This document shows, in pieces, positions 1-12,378 of a stretch of DNA of 37,232 nucleotides. This DNA is from Octopus sinensis (taxonomy: Eukaryota): the NCBI RefSeq assembly GCF_006345805.1, contig NW_021828086.1, positions 1 to 37,232 of the forward strand, written 5' to 3'. Under the pieces are notes generated by a model. That model searched no databases. It was given only the letters and a program-made list of their open reading frames with translations, and was not told the DNA's origin. The stretch's first letter is position 1, and each line of letters opens with the position of its first letter. Position numbers and translations under genes: made by a program.

Positions 1-651
1 AGCCGTATCACCGATATTTCCATGAATTAAAATGCATTTCGTTTGTAGGCAAAGCTTGTGTCTTTTTTTATTTATTCGTTAGAGTCCTTAACTTAGATTA
101 ATAAACTTGGTTGAAAGAGGTTTTATTTTCTGAATAACGAATCGTTGGCAGTAAAAAAATTTTTTTGTTTGTTTGTTTGTTCTTGCTTGAATGTTTTACT
201 AATTTCATATTTTTTTTCTTCATCCTCATTACGAATGTTGTTTTGCTTGTTTTAACATACGACTAATGTTTTTTGTGTAAAAATTCATGAGGTTTCCGTG
301 TTTGTTGTTGTTGTTGTTGTTGTTACTCTCCTTGTTACTAAGCAGTTTCGTTATTTTGCTTCTTCTTTAATTATACACACGTTCGATTACGTATGTATCA
401 ACCATTCTAGTTGGTAACTTTCATTCACACACACAGACACGCAACGGCTATATGTTGTGTACGCGTACTGCACGCATGTGTTTGTGTGCGTGTGTGTGTG
501 TATGTGTGTGGTTGTGTTTTATTTATGGGTTAACACGGCTACCATTGGTTTCATGCTGGAAATTCTCAGCAATTATCAAGCCTGCTACGTTGGTTGCTAC
601 TTGCCTCCATCATGGATACGAATACAACGAAGCTACATGAAACTTGGATGA

Positions 652-692
<41 letters not shown>
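652..692. repeat. (TA)n microsatellite
   Basis: Pure TA run. Confidence 0.95.
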
Positions 693-695
<3 letters not shown>

Positions 696-1014
696 CTGAA
701 CTGCGAAAAGTTTGTCTCATTTTGGCATTGGAACGGTTAAAGGGCACTATATCCCGTCAGATTGACTCCAAAATTTACAGGGACATGTAAAATGAGGTGA
801 GGATGGGAGGGCTAGGTTAGAAATCCCTATCTTAACAGGTGGGGTTACTAGGGCAAAAAAGCACACTTTGACAAGTCACTGTCTCATTCTATTATCTGCC
901 TGTCTTTCCTCCATCTCTCGCTCGCTCTTCTTCCTTTCCTCCCTTCCTTTCACTTTCTCTCTACAACGTCGTTTGATAGCGTCTATCTTTCCTCCGCCGC
1001 CTTCGCCAGCGCTA

Positions 1015-1049
<35 letters not shown>

Positions 1050-1149
1050 GTCTGTCTGCATTCATAGAGAGTTTTATTATCGCCATCACCTCCACCACAC
1101 AATCATGAGAACAAATATTATGAATCAGATATTTATTGGGTTAATTTAT

Positions 1150-1234
1150 ATGGTGTGTGTGTGTGTGTTCTATATATAAATATGTATATATAATGTATAT
1201 ATACAAAGTGTATATATCTGTATTGTATATATAC

Positions 1235-1277
<43 letters not shown>

Positions 1278-1370
1278 GCGTATATATGTACATATATATA
1301 TTTAATGCGTATATATATATATATATATATATATACATACACACACACACCACACATATATATATATAAA
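1150..1370. repeat. Compound (TG)n/(TA)n/(CA)n microsatellite
   Basis: Visible dinucleotide runs; explains the YIYI/CVCV ORFs here. Confidence 0.9.
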
Positions 1371-2347
1371 CAATGTGTGCATTATGTGGTCGGTTGAGCT
1401 GAAAATATGCACACCTATGTTAAAAGTGCTGGCGAGTTTGCATGGCAACTATATTTTTCCTCAAATGAAAGTAGTGACCTCTAGGACAAGATTCCTCATC
1501 TTATAAATTGTGGCCCGAGTAAACCTGAATGAAATCGGGTTATATTAACCAAAATGTGAAAAGGGGTCTAAATGGGGCTGGAAGGGGATTAAAATTCCTC
1601 CGTCTCTCTCTCTTTCCCCCTTCCCTCCAAGTTCTCTCTATAACGACGTTTGACACCTCCGCCCTCTCTCTTTCTTCTCCACCGCCTCTCTCAATGTATG
1701 TCTGTTTGTATCTATAAAGACGAAACGTGACAGCCGCAAAAGTTTAAATATTCCCACCACAGGTCTTTCAGAAAGGTGAATTATTATATCCCACCGCCAT
1801 CGCACAATTATAACAGATATTATTTATCAGAAGATATGTTATTATTTTGCGTGGATAAAAGATTTGCTGTGCTAAGAAACATTATACCTTTTTAAAGAAT
1901 TTATTTGTATGTTCAAGGCGACCGTCATTAACAAAAATTGGTCGGTAAATTTGAAAAATTTTCCAGTTTTTAAATATTTACTTAACTATTTTATTCGTTT
2001 TCTCATTGTAAACCAAACAGATTTGAGTCTACAGTCTGCCTTTTTTGGTTTAAACTATCTTCCTGCAGGTTAAAAAACTTCTTTTTTTTTAGAGTCCTCG
2101 ACAATATTCGCCACCGAAATTCCATTTTACAATTTTATGATTATACCCAGAGTGCTCTAATCGAATATGAACTGTCTTCCCATTGGTGGACGTTTGTCTT
2201 TTTTTTTTTTTTAGAAATAAACGCATTGCCTCTTTCGTTTTAAAACAATAAAACAATGCTACATTAATACGTTGGTCCAACAACCACAACATCACCCGCG
2301 CGTAGAGTGGGTCACCTTAAGCTAATATATATATATATATATATATA

Positions 2348-2524
2348 TTTTATTTTATTTAGTTTCAGCTCACAAGCTGTGGCCATGCTGGGGCACCGCC
2401 ATTTGGTGTTGCTACATGATTTTACTTCACGAATGCTTTTAGCAAATGCCATCTGGTGCATGAGAGAGTTCGATGCAGTTGCCCCTCATCTGCACCTCCT
2501 GCCGTGAGTTGGTTCATCGGGGAC
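2348..2524 (-). mobile_element. 3' fragment of a SINE related to family A (shared tail)
   Basis: gtttcagctcacaagctgtggccatgctggggcaccgcc matches the family A tail gtttcagtcatttgactgcggccatgctggagcaccgcc at 4533-4571 and 31701-31738; the rest of the fragment diverges. Confidence 0.55.
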
Positions 2525-2830
2525 ATATATATATATACATATATAATATAATATATATATATATATATATTATATGTATATGTATATATATATTATATAG
2601 TATATATATATATATATATGTATGTATATATATATATATATATATCTATGTATATATATATATATATATATATATAATGTATATATATATAATATATGTA
2701 TATATAATATATATACATATATATACTATATATACATACATTTATGTGTATATATATATATATATAATATATATATAATATATGTTATATATTATATATA
2801 TAATATCATATATATACATACATGTATGTG

Positions 2831-2871
<41 letters not shown>

Positions 2872-2957
2872 GGTATATGTATGTATGTATATATATATAT
2901 ACATATACATACATATATAATACATATATGCATGCATATATATATAATATATATATA
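2525..2957. repeat. Degenerate (TA)n microsatellite
   Basis: Visible repeat. Confidence 0.95.
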
Positions 2958-3190
2958 CGTTAACTTCACAGACGGCCGCAACAATATCAACAACACGCCT
3001 AACAGCAACAGCGAAAACAACAATGGCAACAGTAACAGCATCAACTACCACGATGGCAACAGCATGGGCGAACCCACAAATACAGTGAGCTAGAAGAACG
3101 GTACAAAAAGTTAGGTTCAAGGGTAGCAGCAGCGACAGCGAGGTAGGGGACAGGACTGGGGGGAGGGTCATAGTGCTACTAAGAACAATG

Positions 3191-3221
<31 letters not shown>

Positions 3222-3307
3222 GACGCATGCACATATAAGGATACACATCATAGAAAAACAGAATGGAATAAGCAGAGCAAGAGCACACATGAAGACAGAA
3301 AGTGTTG

Positions 3308-3340
3308 CTGAAGATGTCACAGATGTGTGACGAAAGATTT
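3308..3340 (+). ncRNA. Hammerhead-ribozyme-like motif (core and stem II intact; stems I/III degenerate)
   Basis: CTGAAGA (3308-14), extra T, perfect 6-bp stem GTCACA/TGTGAC with GATG loop, then GAAA (3332-35). Confidence 0.5.
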
Positions 3341-3725
3341 CCGGACAATGGACATGAATTAGAATAAGAACAGTGATAAGCGGGCGAAGAACGAATATAT
3401 AGTGCATGTGTTTATTTGGCAAAAGAAAAAAGAAAATGACCATTCCGAAATACAATATCTGTTTCAGCACACGACTTCACATCAGGAATCTTGCAGCACA
3501 AATTCATAACCGTATCTATATAAAATAGAACAAAAACGCAATAGAGGAAAATAGAGCATTAGAACAGATAGACAATACAAAGGCGGACAAAAGAAACAAC
3601 AATTAGAAGGACAGGCAAAAAAGTCGGGTCGTTCGTGGCTTTCTTTCCTCAGTCAAGTACGAAAAGTGACGTCCATTTCGGGCAGTTACACTTGAGATGT
3701 AAGAAAGCAAGTGACTGTGTATATA

Positions 3726-4060
3726 GGCGCAGGAGTGGCTGTGTGGTAAGTAGCTTGTTTACCAACCACATGGTTCCGGGTTCAGTCCCACAGCGTGGCA
3801 CCTTGGGCAAGTGTCTTCTACTATAGCCTCGAGCTGACCAAAGTCTTGTGAGTGGATTTGGTAGACGGAAACTGAAAAGAAGCCCGTCGTATATATATAT
3901 ATATATATATATATAGCGGTTCGGCAAAAGAGACCGATAGAATAAGTACTGGGCTTACAAAAGAATAAGTCCCGGGGTCGAGTTGCTCGACTAAAAGGCG
4001 GTGCTCCAGCATGGCCGCAGTCAAATGACTGAAACAAGTAAAAGAGAGAAAAGAGAAAGA
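3726..4060 (+). mobile_element. tRNA-derived SINE, family A, with internal (AT)n and a deletion
   Basis: A-box TGGCTGTGTGG and B-box GGTTCAGTCCC in the head; near-identical copies at 4516-4916 and 31681-32061; purine-rich aaaagag-type tail. Confidence 0.9.
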
Positions 4061-4254
4061 GATATATATATATATATATATATATAAGCAATAATAAATC
4101 TTTGAGCAAGATATAAACAGTAGCAGCACGACATGGTGAAGTATATTTCGCATTAGTGTAATGCGAAAAGATTCAAAAACCCTACAATTAATAATTTGTT
4201 GTATAAGTACTTTGTCTGAAATTTTATGAGAACAGAAGCTGCCTAGCAAATTGA

Positions 4255-4316
4255 CTTTATTTTATCCAACCCAGAAGGACAAAAGATAAGGACGACCTTG
4301 GTGGGGTTTGAAGTCA
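4255..4316 (-). mobile_element. Diverged SINE family B fragment
   Basis: Approximate reverse complement of the family B central segment at 32848-32900. Confidence 0.4.
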
Positions 4317-4515
4317 TTTTCTAAAGGACACGTGAATAAAAAGCACGAGAGTTTTAAATCCATAACTTTAAAGCTGACGGTTCTGCTAATCTGCTGCTCT
4401 TCCTAAGTTCTATAATCAGAAAGTAACCATACTTTGCTATGCTAATTTCAAATCTTTCCTTGACCAATAGAGATGGCAATATGAAGCATCTCTGAAATTA
4501 AAATTTTGATCAAGA

Positions 4516-4714
4516 TTTTTTTTTTTCTACTTGTTTCAGTCATTTGACTGCGGCCATGCTGGAGCACCGCCTTTAATCGAGCAAATCGACCCCGAGACTT
4601 ATTCTTTGTAAGCCCAGTACTTATTCTATCGATATCTTTTGCCGAACCGCTAAGTAACGGGGACCAGCATCGGTTGTCAAGCAATGCTAGGGGGACAAAC
4701 ACACAAACACACAA

Positions 4715-4745
<31 letters not shown>

Positions 4746-4916
4746 CATATATACAACAGGCTTCTTTCAGTTTCCGTCTACCAAATCCACTCACAAGGCA
4801 TTGATCGGCCCTGGGCTATAGCAGAAGACACTTGCCCAAGGTGCCACGCAGTGGGACTGAACCCGGAACAATGTGGTTGGTAAACAAGCTACTTACCACA
4901 CAGCCACTCCTGCGCC
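4516..4916 (-). mobile_element. tRNA-derived SINE, family A, full length
   Basis: Reverse-complement copy of 3726-4060; also matches 31681-32061 over its length. Confidence 0.9.
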
Positions 4917-5519
4917 TATCTAAATATCTCTGTTAAAACACGCACACATACATATTTATTCGTGATACGTTCCAACATATCTGAACGAAAAGAAACAACT
5001 CCCAGTTATTAGTGACGGAGACGTCATTTCGATAGGTATTTCTATCAAATTAGCTTTGCGTAGAATAGCTGTTTGTCTAGTCTCTCCTTGTGATCGGTTA
5101 TTTTTTCATTGGAAATTAGCTGCTTTAAGAATCATGTACTGGAAGCCCTACTGGGCGTGAGACTCTGGTGGTGTCAATTAAATTATAATGGGTAGTCATT
5201 AGCTGTCAGTACCTTTAGAACTGCTTGACATTGAGTATAGATCCAGTATTCCGCAGCATCTGTATCTAATATAGATAAACTCGTTCCTTTAACAATTTAA
5301 AAATGTATATATCGAATGCACCCTTTAATTTATATATCGGTTTAACAATTTATATATCGAATGCATACCTTTCTAACCAAATATATCACAATAACTTCAC
5401 AAAAATAGACGGTGAAACAAATCGGTGACCAGATTAAATTATTTTCAATGAATGTTTCTACGTTGTCTCCAAGCATATCGGAATGACTTCCCAACTTATT
5501 TTGTTTACTAAATAATTAT

Positions 5520-6249
5520 TCCTACTGAAAGTGTCCATCTATGCACACCACCAATCTTTCATCTCTTTGATCGGTAGCTTCCTCTGAGATCGCTCTCGAG
5601 CGGCGTGTGTTGACGGGGCTCTTTCTGCTCCCCATTCTATCAATTTTGGCGTGTACCATGGATGGGTTTTGTCCTTGCCACTCTTCTCTACATCAATGAC
5701 CTACTGGATGTCATGTCCAACAACGCCAACCCCTACACAAATGATATCATCCATATGCAAACACCAAACGCAAACCGATACAATGGCCATGAACAAAGAT
5801 CTCAAAAGTATTTGCCGATGGTTATACATCAATTTTGTCTTCAACGGCGAAAAACACAAACGCTATTCATATCAAGAATATATCATCGAACCACACACCC
5901 CTGAAACATGAGCAGCTCACAAATAGAACCCTCATGATTGCCCTAAATGTTGACCTTGCTATCTCCGGTGACATCTCTCGGCGAAAGCACATCTTTAATA
6001 AAACTAGGACTACGTCACCAAAAACCTACCATTCTTTACATGACCAGAAGATATTTAAGCACCAGTAATTATTGATACTCTACAAAGTTCGGATGAGGCC
6101 AACAATGGAGTGTTTTCCCCGCATGTGACGAAGCTGCTGCTGCTGTTAAATTGACAGGCATCCTAAATCACACCAGCAAAAGGATTACCGATTTATTGGT
6201 ATATCCTCACTCACAGACACGCTCCAGCGTCTAGACCGTAGTCGCGTTT

Positions 6250-6298
<49 letters not shown>

Positions 6299-6316
6299 CC
6301 TCTCTCTCTCCCTCCC

Positions 6317-6357
<41 letters not shown>

Positions 6358-6560
6358 CGTCTCTTGCTACTATAATGGTCCTCGGATCTGACTGGTCTTA
6401 TGCCATCTTAGATATCCCCCACCCACTCGTCTCGCCTCCTTTCTTCATCTTTACCTTTCGTCCCAAGATGCCAGCTCACAAGAACTCCTTCACTTTTCCT
6501 GTTTTTCCTGCAAGTGTTGACAAGCAATATTTCGAGAAAAACAATGGCATTAATCTCACC
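5520..6560 (+). mobile_element. Decayed CR1/L2-type LINE, reverse transcriptase to C-terminus (frameshifted, stops)
   Basis: Across frameshifts reads SLIGSFL*DRSRAACVDGALS..GVYHGWVLS..LYINDLL..YTND (cf. the RT motif GVPQGSVL..LYINDL..YADD), then LLILYKVRMRPTME (cf. LYK..RP.LEY), SLTDTLQRL and PVFPASVDKQYF. Confidence 0.8.
6250..6353. repeat. (CT)n microsatellite inside the LINE remnant
   Basis: Visible repeat. Confidence 0.95.
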
Positions 6561-7042
6561 AATCTCGGAATGCCTGCGAATGCCATATACAATGGACCCC
6601 CACATTTGGATGCTGCAAGTAACAAAGAATCACCGATTGTTGAAAGGCATGACTGCCGCCAAACTAGCATCTGATAGGGTTATAAAACGAGGTTCAAAAG
6701 TTGAACTTCTAACTTACAATCTATGATTCTAAACTATCAAATCTAAGCCGGATCAAACATATCTATATATCTCAATATGAATATAAGTGTCAAAAACAAA
6801 AACAAAAACAAGAGACAGAGAAACCCAAGAATTAGAGACCTCAAATATGCAATGGATCGTCAATAGAATTTTAATTATTTAAAATTTAACGATGTCTCCC
6901 AGCCGTTTTTCTTTTTTTCGGGATAAATAATTTAAACAGAGATTATCCCCGTAATTAAGAGTATAATTTAAATTTCTTGGTTTTGCCCATGGAGAAAACT
7001 TGTCTCAAACTATTATTGATATTTCATGTAATAGATCTGGGG

Positions 7043-7247
7043 GGATCGTCAGCACGCTGGCAAAATGCTTAGCGACATTTCGTCCGTCTTTACGTTCTGA
7101 GTTCAAAGTCTACCGAGGTGGAATTTGCCATTCGTCCTTTCAGGGCTGATAAAATAAGTACCAGTTGAATACTGGAGTCTATGTAATTGACTTAACATCC
7201 ACACCCGCAAAATCACTGACCTTGTGCCAAAATTTGCAACCAATATT
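7043..7247 (+). mobile_element. SINE family B, diverged
   Basis: Colinear with 8171-8320 and 32839-32998 (gttcaaa B-box; ccttt..gg..gataaaataagtacc core). Confidence 0.75.
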
Positions 7248-7474
7248 TCATACAGCAGGCATACTAGCATATTTCATTTACGTTGCTTCAGTTTTTAAGT
7301 TCATTCTGTGTTCCTTCGCAGGAAACCTATATATCTCCAGTAATTCTAAGATCTTACCGTAAGGTTTGAATATCTTTCGTTAACGTGCTATAATAAGAAC
7401 GGATCCCCGTGAAAGCAAAATTCACCGCAGCACATCATATTTCATCAATTGTCTTCCCCGTTATGTATAAATAT

Positions 7475-7864
7475 GTAGTGGAAGCACTCCGTCGGTTACG
7501 ACGACGAGGGTTCCGGTTGATCCGGTCAACGGAACAGCCTGCTCGTGGAATTAACGTGTAAGTGGCTGAGCACTCCACAGACACGTGTACCCTTAACGTA
7601 GTTCTCGGGGATATTCAGCGTGACACAGAGAGTGACAAGGCCGGCCCTTTGAAATACAGGTACAACAGAAACAGGAAGTAAGAGTGAGAGAAAGTTGTGG
7701 TGAAAGAGTACAGCAGGGATCACCACCATCCCCTGCCGGAGCCTCGTGGAGCTTTTAAGTGTTTTCGCTCAATAAACACTCACAACGCACGGTCTGGGAA
7801 TCGAAACCGCGATCCTATGACCGCGAGTCCGCTGCCCTAACCACTGGGCCATTGCGCCTCCACA
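7475..7864 (-). mobile_element. tRNA(Arg)-like-headed SINE, family C, full length with 13-bp TSD
   Basis: The minus-strand head ggcgcaatggcccagtggttagggcagcggactcgcggtc..ggtttcgattcc is tRNA-like; TSD tatgtataaatat at 7462-7474 and 7865-7877; near-identical copy at 13685-14057. Confidence 0.92.
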
Positions 7865-7882
7865 TATGTATAAATATATGGC

Positions 7883-7983
7883 GGGGGTCAATAAAATAAA
7901 AGAACCAACCAAGCACTGGGTCGATTTAACCAATTGACCCCAACCTCCGAATTCCTGTCCTTGTGTCCAGCTTGGAAAATATT
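7883..7983 (+). mobile_element. SINE family B 3' fragment
   Basis: ggggtcaataaaataaaag..gcactgggtcgat..ccttgtg matches the family B 3' part. Confidence 0.5.
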
Positions 7984-8075
7984 TTCTCGCATTCAATTTG
8001 TGGGAACCACCACTCTTCATGCAATCTGTCTTTCTAAAGGTCCTTTTTTCAAAATTCCTTTGGAAAATAAAAGGT

Positions 8076-8134
8076 ATCATCATCATCATCACCATTATTA
8101 TCATAATTAGCATTATTATCATCACCATCATCAC

Positions 8135-8168
<34 letters not shown>
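8076..8168. repeat. (ATC)n microsatellite
   Basis: Visible repeat. Confidence 0.95.
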
Positions 8169-8169
<1 letters not shown>

Positions 8170-8170
8170 A

Positions 8171-8320
8171 GGTGGCGAGCTGACAGAATCGTTAGCACGC
8201 TGGACGAAATACTTAGCGTTATTTCGCCCGTCGCTACGTTCTATGTTCAAATTCTGCCGAGGTCGATTTTGTGTTTCATACTTTCGGGGTCGATAAATTA
8301 GGTACCACTGAAACATGTCT
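8171..8320 (+). mobile_element. tRNA-derived SINE family B, 5' part
   Basis: Head ggtggcgagctgacagaatcgttagcacgc, B-box gttcaaattc, core ctttcggggtcgataaattaggtacc. Confidence 0.8.
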
Positions 8321-8339
8321 TGTACCTTCAGTAGAAAAG

Positions 8340-8372
<33 letters not shown>

Positions 8373-8390
8373 TTTTTTTTTTTTTTTTTT

Positions 8391-8939
8391 TGAGTGAGAG
8401 AGCAGTGCATGCCATCAAAGTGACACTAAAGTACAAATATACGACGCCCAGTATACCTATCATGACTACCCGTCTGATAAGGGTACACCAGGTACACGCA
8501 GCATCACAACCATATGTGCGCGACATGGTGATCTCATCAAGATAAACAGCACATGACCTTGCAGGTGGGGCCCAGTTAGAATTTTCTTCAGGTCGAGTAA
8601 CCCATCCCGCTCAAAAGGTCCCTGAATAAGGTTTGTTTAAGGATGTTGAACGAAACACCCATGTTTCCAGAGGTGCATTATTCGAACTCCAAAAAATTCC
8701 ACTCAGCACATGGTTATGATGCTCCCCCACTAATTCTGGTCGTGATCAGAAATGCACATATTGTCAGCTACTGGGGGACATGCTCAACTGGTTAAGGTCA
8801 AACATCTGACAAGCAAATCTGTGGTATTGAGCAGAATATTGCTGTAGCCCATCTTTTATACCAAGACAAAACAATATACATGTTCCGATCTGTTAAGATC
8901 AGAAGTCATGAGAGCAACTGCCTGGTACTGCACCAGGGC

Positions 8940-8940
<1 letters not shown>
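8391..8940 (-). mobile_element. About 550-bp non-autonomous retroposon-like unit 1, embedded in (TAA)n
   Basis: On the minus strand it ends ..ctctcactc-polyA-(AAT)n; a second colinear copy follows directly; no ORF. Confidence 0.7.
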
Positions 8941-8976
<36 letters not shown>

Positions 8977-9524
8977 GAGTGAGAGAGCAGTTCATGCCAT
9001 CAAAGTGACACTGGGGTAAAATATACGAAGCCCAATATACCCATCATGACTACCCGTCTGATAAAGGTACACCAGGCACATGCATCACAACCATATGTGC
9101 GCGACATGGTGATCTCATATCAAGATAAACAGCACATGACCTTGCAGGTGGGGCCCAGTTAGAATTTTCTTCAGGTTGAGTAGCCCATCCCGCTCAAACG
9201 GTCCCCGAATAAGGGTTGTTTAAGGATGTTGAAAGAACCACCCATGTTTCAGAGGTGAACTATTCAAACCCCAAAGCATCCCTCTCAACACATGGCTATG
9301 ATGCTCCCCTACTACTTCTGCTCGTGATCAGAGATGCACATATCGTCAGCCACTAAGGGACATTGATCGACTGGTTATGGTCAAACAACTGACAAGCAAA
9401 TCTGTGGTATTGAGCAGAATATTTGCTGTAGCCCATCTTTTATACCAAGACAAAACAATATACATGTTCCGATCTGTTAAGATCAGAAGTCATAAGAGCA
9501 ACTGCCTGGTATTACGTCAGGGCA
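8977..9524 (-). mobile_element. About 550-bp non-autonomous retroposon-like unit 2
   Basis: Same termini as unit 1, roughly 90% identical by eye, separated from it only by about 12 ATT units. Confidence 0.7.
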
Positions 9525-9528
9525 TTAT

Positions 9529-9586
<58 letters not shown>

Positions 9587-9655
9587 GCTACTACTACTGC
9601 TGTTGCTGCTGCTGCTGCTACTGCCACTACTGCTGCTACTACTACTACTATTATG

Positions 9656-9699
<44 letters not shown>

Positions 9700-9737
9700 C
9701 ATTATTATTATTATTATTATGATTATCATTATTATTA
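9525..9737. repeat. Compound (ACT)n/(GCT)n/(ATT)n microsatellite
   Basis: Visible repeat. Confidence 0.95.
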
Positions 9738-9750
9738 AGGAGGTTCGGAT

Positions 9751-9900
9751 TAAATGCTTAGCAGCATTTCTTCCGACTCCTTCAATCTTTCGTGGTTTCG
9801 ATAAAATAAAATAAAGTACCAGTGAAGTACTGAAGTCGATGTAATTGACTTGCCCTCTCTCCCCTCAAAGATGCTGGCCTTGTGCCAAAATTAGAATGAA
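9751..9900 (+). mobile_element. SINE family B fragment, internally deleted
   Basis: aaatgcttagcagcatttc..gataaaata..gtaccagtgaagtactg..gtcgatgtaattgact..ccttgtgccaaaatt, colinear with 7043-7247. Confidence 0.6.
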
Positions 9901-10129
9901 TTATAATAGTTGTTGTTGCTGTTGTTGGTGGTGGTCGTGGGAGGGGCGTCGTCGTCGTTGTTGTCGTCATCGTGTTTCCGAAATCAGAAAAAAAAAAAAA
10001 TTCTGCACAGTAGGTCGACATATCGCTGTAGTATTCGTTTTTACCTCTTGGAGTCAGTAACAAAACTGAAAAACGTTCCAACTTGACTCTGAAATAAGAT
10101 TCACCGTGTCAATGCTGTCATGACAACAG

Positions 10130-10143
10130 ACACACAGACACAG

Positions 10144-10174
<31 letters not shown>

Positions 10175-10265
10175 TCTCTATATTTCCAATATCTCTCTTT
10201 CGTTCACTCTCTGTCTGCGCCTCTCCTTCTCTCTCTCGCTCTCTTCTCTCTCTCTCGCTCTCTTC

Positions 10266-10341
<76 letters not shown>

Positions 10342-10369
10342 TATACATGTATATATATATATAGTATAG

Positions 10370-10422
<53 letters not shown>

Positions 10423-10478
10423 CATATATATATAGTATATATATATATATATATTATACATACATATATATATAGTAG

Positions 10479-10512
<34 letters not shown>

Positions 10513-10620
10513 CGTACATATGTGTATGCATGCACACGCATACATAAGCTTATAGACACATATGTATGTATGTGTATGTATGTATTATGTATGTATGTAT
10601 GTACGTATGTATGTATGTAC
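10130..10620. repeat. Compound (CA)n-(CT)n-(TA)n-(ATGT)n microsatellite
   Basis: Visible repeats in series. Confidence 0.95.
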
Positions 10621-11967
10621 AGGAGGCAATATTTCAAAGCAGCCAAGTAGCCAAGTGCAAAGAATGCAAACGAAGCAACGGTCGTCTTTAATTGTCCTTA
10701 GGAGTAGATGAAACGTGGCAGTCAGCAAACTGCAGCATTTCTCTGTGATCTAGTGCACGTGGTGGACCCTTTCCAAGTGACATGAACAAACTGACTACGC
10801 CCGCTTTCCAGTTGCGGTCGATATTGATATTATGAGAAGCGATAGCAGAATAAGCAATGGTGATAACATTACAGCCTATTACACGTTCCCTTCGTTGCCA
10901 GCCGCCAGTAATAGAAGACAGTTGTAGATCAGTCACCTTCATCAGAAAGCGTGTCGAGGTAACTATCGCGGTCATTCGGTACTGAGACAAGCAAACCGTT
11001 TTGATCTTTCTTGCTCTATTGGCTTGAATGTGTAGTATGACTCAGACAGAAAACTGCGACTGGCAATTAGGTGTACCGTGACAGCAGTATGCAGTCAGCA
11101 GTAAATCTCGAGCCGATTTTTATTGGAAATGATCAAAGGACATTTTTTAAAAGCCGAAGATCTGTCATCATTGAGTTGTTCGATCAATCAGTAAAAGTGG
11201 AACGACATCCATGTGGGAATAATACTGAATAACTGGCATTCTTAATGTTCCTATTTGCTCTTCATGAACCCAGCGAAACAACAACAACAAAAAAAGAGAA
11301 AATGAATATATAAATAAAATATAAATTATTTAAAAAAAAAAGGGCAAGTGATCGAAGTAGATGTACAAGCCAGAACACATAGCCAGTAAATTGTCTAGTG
11401 TGATATAGCAAGGATTCTTTGTAATAATAGAATGTGCAGCATCTAGAACAGACTACAGGAACGAAGATGTGCAAGATAACACTTAAAGAATTTCCGTTTG
11501 AAACAAAATAATATAAAACGAAATAAATAACAAAAATATAGCATTTAGAACAAGAATTTTGATTCCCGAAGAATGTAAATGCTACTCCTGTGTTCTGTAT
11601 GGTTTAAACCGGATTTTTTTGTCTTTTTTTTTTGTCTTTTCAAGGAAAAGATAGATAGGGTTTAATATAAGCGATGGAATCGACCCACAGTATATTACTG
11701 TCACTTCCAATATTATTCCTACCTACTAAAGTAAATTTTGGTCCCAGAATCAACTGCATTTTGAAGGCTTTCCCTTTGTGTTCTGTCGTTTCTTACAAGA
11801 GAACTTGATGTTTGCGTGAATATTTGTTTCCCTGACAGTGGCCTTTCTGGAGTTTACAAATTGAAAATACCTTGGATAGTTGTTTGTGGGTTGAACAATA
11901 CTTTGTGAGAGGAATTTGGTAGGCAGCAAGTAAGGTGGTCTGTGCTACGTCTATCTAATCATCGATA

Positions 11968-12090
11968 ATCCTTTTCTACACTAGGCACAAGGCTCCAAAT
12001 TTTGGGGGAGGAGGCCAGTCGATGAGATCGATCCCCAGTACGTAACTGGTTCTTGATTTATCGACCCTGAAAGGATGAAAGGCAAAGTTT
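11968..12090 (-). mobile_element. SINE family B-like 3' part
   Basis: tttatcgaccctgaaaggatgaaaggcaaagt is the reverse complement of the family B core. Confidence 0.7.
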
Positions 12091-12336
12091 GGTGGTGCAA
12101 TGTTGCTGCCATTTCGCCGATACTCTTGTAAATGTATATATTTATAAAAATCCATGGAATTGCCACGGTTGGAAAAATAATTGCTCTTGTTTCCTTAAAC
12201 TGCTCCTCTCATCTGCCGTAAATACTTATGGCTTCTTTCATTCATATTTCCTCTTTTGTCTGTAGTCGCTTCCAGATTTATTCTAGTAATTCATTCCTCT
12301 ACTCTTATTATGTCCGTTCACTATTCACTAAAGCTT

Positions 12337-12378
<42 letters not shown>

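Noticed and set aside
3168-3470. 100-aa hydrophobic minus-strand ORF
   Set aside because: No family motif; it runs into a TG repeat and overlaps the hammerhead-like motif on the other strand.
7790-7864. tRNA genes at SINE heads (also 3726, 14922, 30891)
   Set aside because: No complete cloverleaf, and the heads are joined to SINE bodies, several with TSDs; called as SINEs instead.
8340-9737. Repeat-spacer appearance (CRISPR-like) of tandem units
   Set aside because: Units are 550 bp and the intervening DNA is microsatellite; the context is eukaryotic with no cas genes.
10920-10950. Minus-strand CTGATGAAGG motif and ORF 10688-10990
   Set aside because: No downstream GAAA; the peptide has no convincing motif (LQFADC is only a weak echo of an RT motif).
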